From the NCBI GenBank assembly GCA_019923695.1, contig JAHXGO010000004.1, forward strand, positions 1-38,645: 38,645 nt of DNA, given 5' to 3'. The first letter of the stretch is position 1. Each line of letters starts with the position of its first letter. The position numbers were made by a program, and so were the translations under genes. The notes under the pieces were generated by a model that saw nothing but the letters and a program-made list of their open reading frames with translations, was not told the origin of the DNA and ran no database searches. This DNA is from Candidatus Liptonbacteria bacterium. Its GTDB lineage: Bacteria; Patescibacteriota; Minisyncoccia; UBA6257; Colwellbacteraceae. Shown piece after piece: positions 1-8,826 of the stretch.

Positions 1-340
1 AAGATCGAAGTGTTAATAAGAAGAAAATCAAATCGCAAATGAAGTCAAAATTTATTCCATCAAAGATAATCAGGGTAATACCTTGTTGGTTTTATTTACT
101 GAAAAAAATATAATCGAATTAAAAAGACTGGAAAGTGGGTTAAAGGAGAAATTTAGAGAATTACAGGAGCTTTATGATATAGTTATTAGATGAGAGTTGC
201 GGATGATAGAGTTAAAGGAAGGGGTCAATAAGCTTAAATCAGAATTAGGGGGATATAAAAAGAGATGAAAAGCAGATTTGGTTCCTTAATTATTATTCTG
301 GGGGGTATGGCTTTGAGACAGCAGTGTGGTTATAAGTGTA

Positions 341-369
341 TTGACTTTTGGTTATTAATAAGATATAAA
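341..369 (+). promoter_or_regulatory. sigma70-type promoter candidate for the cold-shock gene
   Basis: TTGACT (341-346), 17-nt spacer, TATAAA (364-369). This would leave a ~110-nt 5' UTR before the ATG at 488; long leaders are typical of csp genes. Confidence 0.4.
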
Positions 370-487
370 TTTATTTATAGTGAATTGAAGTTTTATATAT
401 TGAATCTTTAATTTGCTCTAAGAATCATCAGTAAAAATATTAGTCGGATTTTACTGTTATTGATTTTATATTTATTTAATTACATTT

Positions 488-688
488 ATGAAGGGAACAA
501 TCAAGACTTTAATTGCAGAAAAAAATTTCGGCTTTATCACTCCCGAGGAAAGCGGAAAAGATATTTTTTTTCATGCTACTTCATTGAGCGGCGTTGAGTA
601 TTCTCAATTAGCTGTTGGTGATAAGATAAGCTTTGACGTGGAAGAATCTGAAAAAGGACCACGAGCTATCAATGTTACGCGCGAATAA
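488..688 (+). CDS. csp: cold-shock protein, CspA family (66 aa)
   Basis: Single cold-shock domain. RNP-1-like KNFGFI and RNP-2-like DIFFH motifs are present, and the length is typical of the family. Confidence 0.93.
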   Translation: MKGTIKTLIAEKNFGFITPEESGKDIFFHATSLSGVEYSQLAVGDKISFDVEESEKGPRAINVTRE

Positions 689-703
689 TAAAATTGCAAT
701 TAT

Positions 704-733
704 AAAAACCCCTCCGCTGTAGAGGGGTTTTTA
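704..733 (+). terminator. rho-independent terminator after csp
   Basis: CCCCTC (709-714) pairs with GAGGGG (722-727) around a 7-nt loop. An A-run precedes the stem and TTTTT (728-732) follows it. Confidence 0.8.
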
Positions 734-918
734 GTTTTTCAAGAGGCGCGAGTGTTAAAACAGCAAGCTGGGAAGTTGCTAAGTTGTTTTATGCGCTAGA
801 CCAAGCACCCATTTTTTAAGCGAATTTATAGGTAAAATTAACTTATATTTGGATTTTTACAAAAAAGGCAACATAAAAGAAATTTTTATTTTAAGGGTAA
901 ATGATCTAAAATTTAGTA

Positions 919-1470
919 ATGGATAAAAATTCTCTTTCGAAATTGATAAAAAAACTTTCAGGGCTGGAGTGGTGTTTTATGGCTGGGTTTGCTGTGGAGA
1001 TATACACCAATGGAAAAAGACAGGCTGGCGAAGATGTTGATATTTTAGTTTCCCCAAAAGATATCAATGTTTTTGCCAAAAAACTTGGTTGCCAAGTTCA
1101 AAAACGACGATTTAAAAAATATAATTTCTTTGTCAATGATCGCGGGTTCGAAACTGTTTTCAATAACCTGAAAATTGAGGTGAGCAGCGGTTTTCCCGCA
1201 AGGAGAATGAATAACGGAACAATCTATAAGGTTTTTCAGAAGCGAGTAACTAAAAAATATCACGGAATTAATCTTTTCGTGGAACCAGTAGAGGAACTCA
1301 TTGTTCATAAAGCAAAAATGCTTCGTGAAAAAGATATCAAGGATTTAAAATTATTATCCGATCAAAAAATAAATTTTGACTTCTTGAAAGAATTGGCAAA
1401 AGACTGGGGGAAATATTCCCAGACTATTACGAATTTAAAAAATCTTGGATATATTAAAGCGAAGCCTTGA
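919..1470 (+). CDS. nucleotidyltransferase-fold protein (183 aa), function unknown
   Basis: The N-terminal segment MAGFAVEIYTNGKRQAGEDVDILV fits the minimal NTase pattern (G..., then D-x-D). No partner gene such as HEPN is adjacent. Confidence 0.6.
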   Translation: MDKNSLSKLIKKLSGLEWCFMAGFAVEIYTNGKRQAGEDVDILVSPKDINVFAKKLGCQVQKRRFKKYNFFVNDRGFETVFNNLKIEVSSGFPARRMNNGTIYKVFQKRVTKKYHGINLFVEPVEELIVHKAKMLREKDIKDLKLLSDQKINFDFLKELAKDWGKYSQTITNLKNLGYIKAKP

Positions 1471-1480
1471 TATATCGAAC
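1450..1480. repeat. palindromic dispersed element, copy 1 (type A)
   Basis: TATATTAAAGCGAAGCCTTGATATATCGAAC. The core 1467-1479 contains the stop codon (1468-1470) of the preceding ORF. It matches the 9205 copy at about 28/31 positions. Confidence 0.7.
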
Positions 1481-1569
1481 CCACGGTTCGTTATAAGATT
1501 CCTAAAAATTGGTTTTAAAAAAGTTTTTCTCTCGGGCTTTATTTGATATGATTGATATAATTGATAGAA

Positions 1570-1750
1570 ATGAAACATTCATTGAAAATAAGTTTTTTTT
1601 GGTTCAACTTCCGGAATTATCACCACTCTTGGGTTAATGGTGGGTTTATATTCTGGCACTCAATCAATAACAGCGATTATTGGCGGCATTTTAACCATAA
1701 CCTTGGTTTATTATATTGGCGACTGGTTATTGTTGCGGTTTGATTATTAA
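1570..1750 (+). pseudogene. small two-TM membrane ORF interrupted at a T8 homopolymer (or an assembly indel)
   Basis: ATG at 1570 reads MKHSLKISFF into the T8 run at 1593-1600. The next frame continues GSTSGIITTLGLMVGLYSGTQSITAIIGGILTITLVYYIGDWLLLRFDY to the stop at 1748-1750. Removing one T joins them into a 60-aa hydrophobic protein. The track ORF 1561..1743 keeps the non-membrane frame. Confidence 0.25.
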
Positions 1751-1843
1751 CGGAGTTTAATTTGTTTTGTTTACGGATTTATTTTTGGTGATTTTTCATT
1801 GATTAAGTTTGTTATATTTTATGTTTCTATTTTACTCTTTAAG

Positions 1844-1901
1844 TTTTGGTGTCTTTTTATCTTGCAGAACCAATGCCCCTTCGGTGTCATTTTATGATGT
1901 T
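1844..1901 (+). repeat. upstream module X, copy 1
   Basis: TTTTGGTGTCTTTTTATCTTGCAGAACCAATGCCCCTTCGGTGTCATTTTATGATGTT. It matches 20782-20839 at 51/56 positions over the core. It contains two direct half-repeats, TTYGGTGTCWTTTTAT. Confidence 0.8.
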
Positions 1902-1911
1902 GGATGTGTTA

Positions 1912-1940
1912 TTGATTGAATCCGTTTTATTTTATATAAT
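1912..1940 (+). promoter_or_regulatory. sigma70-type promoter candidate for the FKBP gene, probably giving a leaderless mRNA
   Basis: TTGATT (1912-1917), 17-nt spacer, TATAAT (1935-1940). Only 7 nt (TAAAATT) separate the -10 from the ATG at 1948, and there is no SD. Confidence 0.5.
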
Positions 1941-1947
1941 TAAAATT

Positions 1948-2403
1948 ATGAAAAAAACAATTTTAACAATTATTATTCCGCTTATTGTTCTGGTCGGTCT
2001 TTACTTTTTATTGTTATTTTTAAGGAATACGATAAATCAAAATATTCAGCCGGATAATAATCAAAATCAAAATATGGAACAAGGTTTACAAATTGAAATT
2101 TTACAAGAAGGGCAGGGAGAACGGGCCCAAGCTGGAAATAGGGTCAGTGTTCATTACACAGGAAGATTAGAAGACGGAACAAAGTTTGATTCAAGTTTAG
2201 ACAGACAGGTACCTTTTCCGTTTACCTTAGGAGTAGGCGAGGTTATAAGGGGCTGGGATGAAGGTGTTTTAGGAATGAGGGTCGGAGAAAAACGAAGATT
2301 GGTTATTTCTCCAGAGTTTGGATATGGAGAAAACAGGGTAGGGCCGATTCCGCCAAATTCAACCTTAATATTTGAAGTTGAGCTTTTAGAAATTATAAAT
2401 TAA
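1948..2403 (+). CDS. FKBP-type peptidyl-prolyl cis-trans isomerase with N-terminal signal/anchor helix (151 aa)
   Basis: FKBP_C signature [18 protein letters not shown]...[32 protein letters not shown] start at the internal ATG 1948 ([16 protein letters not shown]), because the upstream part of the track ORF is repeat element X plus the promoter. Confidence 0.9.
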   Translation: MKKTILTIIIPLIVLVGLYFLLLFLRNTINQNIQPDNNQNQNMEQGLQIEILQEGQGERAQAGNRVSVHYTGRLEDGTKFDSSLDRQVPFPFTLGVGEVIRGWDEGVLGMRVGEKRRLVISPEFGYGENRVGPIPPNSTLIFEVELLEIIN

Positions 2404-2619
2404 TCAAGACGATTGTTGTTTAGGTTCATATAGGTATTGATTATTATTGTATTTTTTATAGCAATTCAATATCTTCAATTTTTACTTTGCTCGTTCGTTT
2501 AAATTGTCCACCAAGAAAGACGGATAAGATTATTGACATCATCTTTAGCAGAAGATAACCGTAAGTTGTTATATGTCTGTCAGTATGTTTACTTTTTATA
2601 ATCAATCTCAATAATTTGT

Positions 2620-3207
2620 GTGGATAGAGTCCATTATAATAAATTGACTCAAAAGAGAAAATCTTGTAATATCAATGCATTGATTAAACATAAGGAACAA
2701 CGCATAAATATAAAAATAAATAATCAGATTACAGCTAAAGAGCTTCGGGTTATTGATGAGGATGGCAGTAACTTAGGAGTTCTTCCGTTAGAAAAGGCAT
2801 TGCAAATCGCTTTTTCAAAAAATCTTGATTTAATTGAAATTGTGCCAAATGCTTTGCCGCCAATTGCTAGGGTTATAAGTTTTGACAAGTTTCGTTACCA
2901 AAAAGAAAAAGAATTAAAAAGACAGAAAATTCAAAGCAAGGTCAAAGAATTAAAGTACATCCAAATTAGCGGCCGGTCAGCTCAACACGATCTTTTGTTA
3001 AAATTAAAACAGCTTGAAAAATTTGTAGAAAAAGGACATAAGGTTGAAGTTCGTTTAAGATTAAAAGGCAGAGAAAAATACAATAAAGATTGGGCAAAAC
3101 AAAAACTTCAAGAATTCATCGCCCTTGTGCCGGAAAATTATCAAATAATAGGAGAAATAAAATCGGATAATAAAAGTTTAAATATTCAAATTGAGAAAAA
3201 AAGATGA
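2620..3207 (+). CDS. infC: translation initiation factor IF-3
   Basis: The IF-3 N and C domains are recognisable (ITAKELRVIDEDGSNLGVLPLEKAL...LDLIEI..., FDKFRYQKEKE...). The true start is probably internal and non-canonical: TTG at 2680, or ATA at 2704 preceded by AAGGAA at 2692-2697. The upstream 20-28 codons have no IF-3 counterpart. Confidence 0.9.
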   Translation: MDRVHYNKLTQKRKSCNINALIKHKEQRINIKINNQITAKELRVIDEDGSNLGVLPLEKALQIAFSKNLDLIEIVPNALPPIARVISFDKFRYQKEKELKRQKIQSKVKELKYIQISGRSAQHDLLLKLKQLEKFVEKGHKVEVRLRLKGREKYNKDWAKQKLQEFIALVPENYQIIGEIKSDNKSLNIQIEKKR

Positions 3208-3377
3208 AAAAAAGCGTTAGTTCAAGAATTAAAATAACAAAAAATGGTAAAATTCTTCGTAAGAAAATGGGTGTTTCCCATTTCATGGCAAAAAAACCAA
3301 GAAGAAAACTTAGAAGAAAAAAGAATCTTGTTAAGGTCAACAAGATAACTGCAAAAATGATTCAAAATTATTCATAG
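3204..3377 (+). CDS. rpmI: 50S ribosomal protein L35 (57 aa; below the ORF-track size cut-off)
   Basis: Translates to MKKSVSSRIKITKNGKILRKKMGVSHFMAKKPRRKLRRKKNLVKVNKITAKMIQNYS. It has an ATGA overlap with the infC stop and sits in the canonical infC-rpmI-rplT position. Confidence 0.88.
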   Translation: MKKSVSSRIKITKNGKILRKKMGVSHFMAKKPRRKLRRKKNLVKVNKITAKMIQNYS

Positions 3378-3437
3378 CGAATAATGGGTCGTTTGATATA
3401 TTAATAGTTCGATTTTATTTACTATCATTATAAAATT

Positions 3438-3785
3438 ATGCCAAGAGTTAAAAGAGGGAAAGTTGCAGTCAAAAAAAGAAGAAAAATCCTTGAATATACT
3501 AAGGGCTTTAAGTGGGGTCGCAAATCCAAAGAACGAGCCGCTAAAGAAGCGCTTCTTCATGCTTGGGTACACGCTTTTCACGGAAGAAAAGAAAAGAAAC
3601 GGAATTTTCGCCGGCTTTGGCAAACAAAAATTAACGCTGCCAGCCGAAACCTTGGGTTAACTTATAAAGAACTTATCGCCGGCTTAAAGAAAAAAAATAT
3701 TATTATAGATAGAAAAATTTTATCTGAATTAGCTTCTGATCACCCAAAAATTTTTGAAAAGGTTGTAGAAAAAATAAAAGTATAA
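3438..3785 (+). CDS. rplT: 50S ribosomal protein L20
   Basis: MPRVKRGKVAVKKRRKIL...GRKEKKRNFRRLWQTKINAASR is a typical bL20 sequence. Confidence 0.96.
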   Translation: MPRVKRGKVAVKKRRKILEYTKGFKWGRKSKERAAKEALLHAWVHAFHGRKEKKRNFRRLWQTKINAASRNLGLTYKELIAGLKKKNIIIDRKILSELASDHPKIFEKVVEKIKV

Positions 3786-3790
3786 TAAAT

Positions 3791-3820
3791 AAAGAGCGGA
3801 TAAAACCGCTCTTTATTTTA
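3791..3820. terminator. bidirectional rho-independent terminator between rplT and the convergent NUDIX gene
   Basis: AAAGAGCGG (3791-3799) pairs with CCGCTCTTT (3806-3814) around a 6-nt loop. The stem is flanked by A/T runs on both sides. Confidence 0.75.
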
Positions 3821-3822
3821 TT

Positions 3823-3852
3823 TATAGCAAAGTAAAACTTCGATATATTGAA
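3823..3852. repeat. palindromic dispersed element, copy 2 (type A)
   Basis: TATAGCAAAGTAAAACTTCGATATATTGAA. It lies between two convergent 3' ends, so no promoter is needed at this position. Confidence 0.65.
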
Positions 3853-3881
3853 TATTTTTATTGATGTTTGCGCTCATCCGC

Positions 3882-4421
3882 CTATGTCTTTGATTCTCCC
3901 AAAGCTTCATAAGCCTGCCTTAAAATTTTTTGGCTATCTTTATATTTAGATAAAATTTTTATCGCTTCTTTATAAGTAAACCAACCATAGCCGCTATGTT
4001 CATTAGAGAGACAAATATCAATTTTTTTTGTTTCAGCTAAATAAAGAATAACAATTTTAAAAATTTTCTCTATTTTATTTCCTGATTTTTTCCAAAAAAC
4101 AAATTTCTCATAAACTTTAAAATATTTATTTGATTGATCTTGTTTTTTATCCTCTAATTCAAAATTAGAGGACTTGTTAAACAACTGGTTAAATTTTAAA
4201 TCATTTCGGCTAAGGCCAGTTTCTTCTTTGGTCTCGCGAACCGCTGCTTGAAAACTTTTTTCCTTGCCTCTTAAGACACCTTCAACATTTTCTTGAATAT
4301 CATTTTCAATTTTACCTTTAGGAAAATTCCAATAACCCCGACCGTGATATAAAATCAAAAACTTTGGTCCTTCAGATGTTTTCCGATAAACAATTATCCC
4401 GGCTGAAACTTCTTTTAACAT
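3882..4421 (-). CDS. NUDIX hydrolase (Ap4A-hydrolase-like)
   Basis: Complete Nudix box GVLRGKEKSFQAAVRETKEETGL (Gx5Ex7REUxEExGU), preceded by WNFPKGKIE. Confidence 0.85.
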   Translation of the reverse strand: MLKEVSAGIIVYRKTSEGPKFLILYHGRGYWNFPKGKIENDIQENVEGVLRGKEKSFQAAVRETKEETGLSRNDLKFNQLFNKSSNFELEDKKQDQSNKYFKVYEKFVFWKKSGNKIEKIFKIVILYLAETKKIDICLSNEHSGYGWFTYKEAIKILSKYKDSQKILRQAYEALGESKT

Positions 4422-4501
4422 ATTATAATTCTATAAATTTATAAGCTTTTATACAATAAATTTGTTTGGGATTATGAAAATCCGCCTTTAACTAAATATT
4501 T

Positions 4502-6313
4502 TTACGCCCTTGATTTGGAATCCTTAAGAAAATTTTTCATTTCTTCTGCCGGCCAACAATTAATAATGTCTTTCCTTTCAGCCCAACCGCGGCGAGCTTG
4601 ACTAATTCCATATTTCATAAAATTTAACTGCTCTTTACGATGAGCATCGGTGTTTATAACCATTTTTACACCAAATTCCTTTGCTTTCTTGATATATGAA
4701 TCATTCAAATCAAGTCTATAAGGATTAGCGTTGATTTCTAAAATCGTCCCAGTTTTTTTGGTGGCTTTTAAAATTTCATTAAAATCTACTTCATACTCGT
4801 CCCGACGCTTTAAAATTCTACCGGTTGGATGAGAAATAATATCGACATTCGGATTGTTTATGGCTTTAATAATTCTTTTAGTCATTTTTTCTTTTGGCAT
4901 TTTCATTTGGTGATGAACCCCGGCAATAACATAATCGAGCCTGGACAAAGCCTCATCTTTAATATCAATAGAACCATCAGGCATAATATTGGCTTCACAA
5001 CCCTGCAGAATATAAAACTTGAAACCTGAAGCCTGAAGCTTTTTATTAATTTTATCTATCTCCTCGCGTTGGATTGTAAGTTGTTTTTCATCTAAGCCGT
5101 GTTCAATTCTTAAAAACTTAGTATGGTCAGCAATACCAATATATTGATATCCAATATTTATCGCTGCTTCCGCTATTTCTAAAATCGAATTTTCTCCACC
5201 ATTATAATTAGAATGAATATGTAAATCGCCTAAAATATCGCTGTAGCCGATAATTTTTGGTAATCCATTGGGTTTATCATGAGTTTGGTTGGGTTTATTT
5301 TGAATTTGTCGAAGGGCTACTTCAATTTCTCCCTTGTTTTCCCGCAGTTCTGGTTCAATATAATCCATTTTTAATGCAGCATAAATTTCTTTTTCATTTC
5401 TACCAGCAATCATTTTTTTACCCCTAAACAAACCATATTCATTTAATTTTAATCCTTGGTTCATCGCAATTTTTCTTAATATAATATTGTGTTCTTTTGA
5501 GCCGGTAAAATATTGTAAAGCTGAACCAAATTGTTTTTCCGGTAAAACTCTTAAATCAACATCAAATCCCTCTTTAAGCCGAATTGAAGCTTTTGTTGAC
5601 CCCTTTCCCCAAATTTTTACTACTCCCGGCAAAGAAACAAAATAATCAATCATCTTATCTGCCGAGGCTTTGGCAAAAGCGGGATTTTTTGTTTCATCAA
5701 CCGTAATTAAAATATCAACATCGCCGATGGTTTCTTTACGACGACGAATTGAACCGGCTTCAAAAATTTGTTTTGCTTTTTTCACTTTTTTCAATGCGTC
5801 AATAATTTCATAAACTTTTGGTAAAATTTCTCCCAACAAAAATCTGCCCTTGCTCCGCTTTAAAAATTCTATGCTTTGTAAAATGTTTTGCTCTGTTTTT
5901 AGACCAAAATTAGGCAAACTGCGAATTTTTCCGGCTTTAGCGGCTTTTTCTAAATCTATTAAATTTTTAATTTTAAGATGCCTGTACAAATCCCTGACCA
6001 TTTTTGGGCCAATGCCTTCAACAGAAATTAATTCTTCGATATTAACCGGCATTTTCTTTTTGAGTCGCTGATTTTCTTTAATTTTGCCAGTTTTTAAATA
6101 TTCAACAATTTTTTCCGCCATACTTTCACCAATATTAGGAATTTCTTTTAATCCATTAATCCCTTGTCTTTTATAAGTGTCTTTTACATCTTCAGACAAG
6201 GCTTCTAAACTTAAAGCTGCCTTTTGGTAAGCTTGAGACTTAAAAGAGGTTTCTTCTGTTTCAAGACGTTGGGAGATTTCATAAAAAATTTTTGCAATTT
6301 CCCGATTAATCAT
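4502..6313 (-). CDS. polX: family X DNA polymerase with C-terminal PHP phosphoesterase domain (PolX)
   Basis: HhH motifs are present. The pol-beta NTase core is GSIRRRKETIGDVDILI. The PHP motifs are GDLHIHSNYNGG, HTKF and NTDAH. The start overlaps the upstream ATPase gene by 4 nt. Confidence 0.92.
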   Translation of the reverse strand: MINREIAKIFYEISQRLETEETSFKSQAYQKAALSLEALSEDVKDTYKRQGINGLKEIPNIGESMAEKIVEYLKTGKIKENQRLKKKMPVNIEELISVEGIGPKMVRDLYRHLKIKNLIDLEKAAKAGKIRSLPNFGLKTEQNILQSIEFLKRSKGRFLLGEILPKVYEIIDALKKVKKAKQIFEAGSIRRRKETIGDVDILITVDETKNPAFAKASADKMIDYFVSLPGVVKIWGKGSTKASIRLKEGFDVDLRVLPEKQFGSALQYFTGSKEHNIILRKIAMNQGLKLNEYGLFRGKKMIAGRNEKEIYAALKMDYIEPELRENKGEIEVALRQIQNKPNQTHDKPNGLPKIIGYSDILGDLHIHSNYNGGENSILEIAEAAINIGYQYIGIADHTKFLRIEHGLDEKQLTIQREEIDKINKKLQASGFKFYILQGCEANIMPDGSIDIKDEALSRLDYVIAGVHHQMKMPKEKMTKRIIKAINNPNVDIISHPTGRILKRRDEYEVDFNEILKATKKTGTILEINANPYRLDLNDSYIKKAKEFGVKMVINTDAHRKEQLNFMKYGISQARRGWAERKDIINCWPAEEMKNFLKDSKSRA

Positions 6314-8826
6314 AGTGTGATTTTTAAAAAAAGTATTTTTCCGGCATCTATCTTTATCATTATTGAATCACCTTTCATAATTTCTCCTTTTAAAATTTTC
6401 TCTGCCAAGGGGGCTTTAAGATAATTTGAAATAGCTTTTCTTAATGGTCTGGCGCCAAAAACAGAATCATAACCAACTTCGGATAAATGTTCGACAACAT
6501 CATCTCCAAAAAACAATTCCAAACTTTGTTCTTCCTTTAATTGAAAACATATTTTCTTAAGCTGAAGAAAGGTAATTTTTTTAATATCTTCTTTAGAAAG
6601 AGTTTTAAAAATTATAATATCGGAAAAACGATTTAAGAGTTCTGTCCTAAAACAATCAACTAATTTTCTTTTGAATTCTTCTTTAATTTCTTCAATGTTT
6701 TTTCCTGCTTCAAGGGAGGTTTTGATAAAATCAGAATGGGCGTTTGAGGTTGCCGCAATTATAGTGTTTTGAAAATCAACCTTTCTGCCAGAGCTGTCGG
6801 TTAAACGGCCGTCGTCAAAAACTTGAAGAAATAAATTTAAAATATCCGGGTGAGCTTTCTCAAACTCATCAAGAAGAACCAAACTATAAGGTTTTTCTAA
6901 AACCGCCTCTGTTAATAATCCAATTACTTCTCCTTTAGGAGACCCAATCAAGCGGTAAAGACTTTCTTTGTTTTGGTATTCGGACATATCAAGCCGGATC
7001 ATCATTTCTTCAGACCCAAAATTAATTTTTGTTAAAATTTTTGCCAATTCTGTTTTTCCGACTCCGGTCGGGCCGACAAAAAGAAAACAGGCGATTGGCC
7101 CCCCTTTCCTGCTTAAACCGCTGCGATATTCTCTTAAGGCGCGACTAACCGCTATAACCGCCTCTTCTTGGTTAATTAATTCCTGATGAATTATATTTTC
7201 GAGGTTTAATAATTTTTCCGCTTCAAGCGCCGTTGGTTTATGAATAGGCACATTAACATAAGATTCAGCGGTTTCAACCACAAAGTCAGCGGTTAGTTTT
7301 TTAAAGCCCTGTCTTTTTGCGCTAATTACTGCTTCTTTTAAAAGATCACCAGCCGACCCAGGTAGGGGTTTTTGATGAAAATATCTTTTAGCGATATAAA
7401 CCGCCGCCTTAACAGCTTTAGAACTTATAAAAATATGATATTGCTTTTCAAGCATAAGGCTGGAAAAAGTTAAAAATATAGTTGAATCCTCCTCGCTTAT
7501 TTCTTCAACCATAATAAATTCAAAAGCTTGGGCAAAACTGCTGTTAGGTTTTATAAATTGGCGAAACTCCTGGGGGTAGGTTGTGCCAATTGTCGGAAAA
7601 TCGCCAGAAATAAGAAGCGGAGAAATAAGGTCAGCCGCTGAAAGATAAAGTTCTCCCGAAGTCTTAAATAAATTATGAATTTCGGGAACATAAAGAATGA
7701 TATTACCAGCGGCAGAAATTTCTTTAAAAATAATATTTATTCTGGCTTGAAGTTCGGTTTGATCGGCGCCAGACAATAATTTACCGATATCCAAAGCAAC
7801 AACTCTTTTATCAAAAAGCGTTTCTGAAATTCGATCTTTTATAATCATATAAGCCAAATGATTGATAATTGTTTTTATTCCGACACCCGGCTCTCCTACG
7901 AAAATAACATTAGGTTTATCGGGCCGCGATAGAACATTAATCATTCGTTCGTATTCTTTTGTATGACCAACCATAAATCCTAACTTCCCCCTTTCTGCCG
8001 AATCGGTCAAGTCATAACTAAATTTATCAAGAAAAGAAGTAGGTCTGGCTGTCCAAGCTCGATTCATTGTTCTTTTCCTAGCGCCAAAAAAAACATTTGC
8101 GAATCCTCCAATAAACTTTGGTAATTGCCACAAAATATATTCTTTTTTTAAATGTTTTCTAAATCGGCTAAAAATTATAACTCCTTCTAAGTCATTTAAA
8201 TTAATCTGAAAAAAATTAAAGATTTTAATTATTTTTTTATCCTGAATATATTTTTGGGCCGCAAAAATATCAGCCGGCATAATATATCTACTACCGCCCT
8301 TAATAGCGATTAAAACAGCTACTTTCAATAATTCTTCTATTTTTTGAATTAAATCATCAGTTGAATTTTTTTCATCATCATCTTTTAAGGCTTCGCTTAT
8401 TCGCTGAAAAACTTCTGCTGGCTTAATTTCCATTCTTTGTATTGCCTCGTTAATTTCTTGAAAATCAAAAAGAGTTTTATTTAATCTAAGATAAAAACTT
8501 CCTCCTAAAATCAATGTTTCTTGATAGGCAAAAATTATAGCTTCTGAAGCTTTAGGCGACAGATAGTTTTTTAAATTAATTTTTCCTTCTTGAGGTATTT
8601 GGTCTAAAGACAATCTTCCTCTATCATAACGAATAATAAAGTCGACGATGAAAATAAAAATTAAAACGCCGACATAAAATAAATTTGGGGCATCGGACAT
8701 CAAAAATATAAAACACGCAAAAACAAGCACGATAAAAAAAACCTGCAGGATGTTTTTAATAAAAAACTGCGAAGCCAGCCCTAAACGGAAAAACGGATCT
8801 TTAAAATAAAATTCTTTATTATCCAT
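6310..8826 (-). CDS. membrane-anchored Clp/Hsp100-like double AAA+ ATPase (838 aa) with degenerate D1
   Basis: Two N-terminal TM helices are followed by Clp_N-like repeats. D1 has an altered Walker A (GEPGVGIKT, an Ile inserted before Lys) and Walker B (ILYVPEIH instead of ...DE...). D2 is intact (GPTGVGKTELAK, LLDEFEKAHPD, GARPLRKAI). There is no long M-domain and I see no IGF/L ClpP loop. Confidence 0.85.
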   Translation of the reverse strand: MDNKEFYFKDPFFRLGLASQFFIKNILQVFFIVLVFACFIFLMSDAPNLFYVGVLIFIFIVDFIIRYDRGRLSLDQIPQEGKINLKNYLSPKASEAIIFAYQETLILGGSFYLRLNKTLFDFQEINEAIQRMEIKPAEVFQRISEALKDDDEKNSTDDLIQKIEELLKVAVLIAIKGGSRYIMPADIFAAQKYIQDKKIIKIFNFFQINLNDLEGVIIFSRFRKHLKKEYILWQLPKFIGGFANVFFGARKRTMNRAWTARPTSFLDKFSYDLTDSAERGKLGFMVGHTKEYERMINVLSRPDKPNVIFVGEPGVGIKTIINHLAYMIIKDRISETLFDKRVVALDIGKLLSGADQTELQARINIIFKEISAAGNIILYVPEIHNLFKTSGELYLSAADLISPLLISGDFPTIGTTYPQEFRQFIKPNSSFAQAFEFIMVEEISEEDSTIFLTFSSLMLEKQYHIFISSKAVKAAVYIAKRYFHQKPLPGSAGDLLKEAVISAKRQGFKKLTADFVVETAESYVNVPIHKPTALEAEKLLNLENIIHQELINQEEAVIAVSRALREYRSGLSRKGGPIACFLFVGPTGVGKTELAKILTKINFGSEEMMIRLDMSEYQNKESLYRLIGSPKGEVIGLLTEAVLEKPYSLVLLDEFEKAHPDILNLFLQVFDDGRLTDSSGRKVDFQNTIIAATSNAHSDFIKTSLEAGKNIEEIKEEFKRKLVDCFRTELLNRFSDIIIFKTLSKEDIKKITFLQLKKICFQLKEEQSLELFFGDDVVEHLSEVGYDSVFGARPLRKAISNYLKAPLAEKILKGEIMKGDSIMIKIDAGKILFLKITL

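Noticed and set aside
20-193. Protein-like open frame at the window start (…NEVKIYSIKDNQGNTLLVLFTEKNIIELKRLESGLKEKFRELQELYDIVIR)
   Set aside because: It follows two in-frame stops at 14-19 and has no ATG/GTG/TTG start near its beginning. It is possibly a decayed gene tail. The two mini-ORFs after it (21 and 16 codons) are also unsupported.
1476-1490. CGAACCCACGGTTCG palindrome as a LexA (Cheo-type) SOS box or as a terminator
   Set aside because: The half-site spacing is 5 nt rather than the 4 nt of CGAAC-N4-GTTCG. No T-run follows the stem, and no SOS gene is downstream.
1543-1569. Three TTGATA hexamers about 10 nt apart (TTTGATATGATTGATATAATTGATAGAA) just before the ATG at 1570
   Set aside because: The sequence is short and AT-rich, occurs only once, and could arise by chance. 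It is noted only as a possible operator or promoter for the broken small ORF.
1846-1947. N-terminal 34 codons of the 185-aa track ORF ([16 protein letters not shown]...) preceding the FKBP domain
   Set aside because: This stretch is repeat block X plus a consensus promoter. The same DNA upstream of serS is in a frame that ends in a stop. The ATG at 1948 begins a normal signal/anchor sequence.
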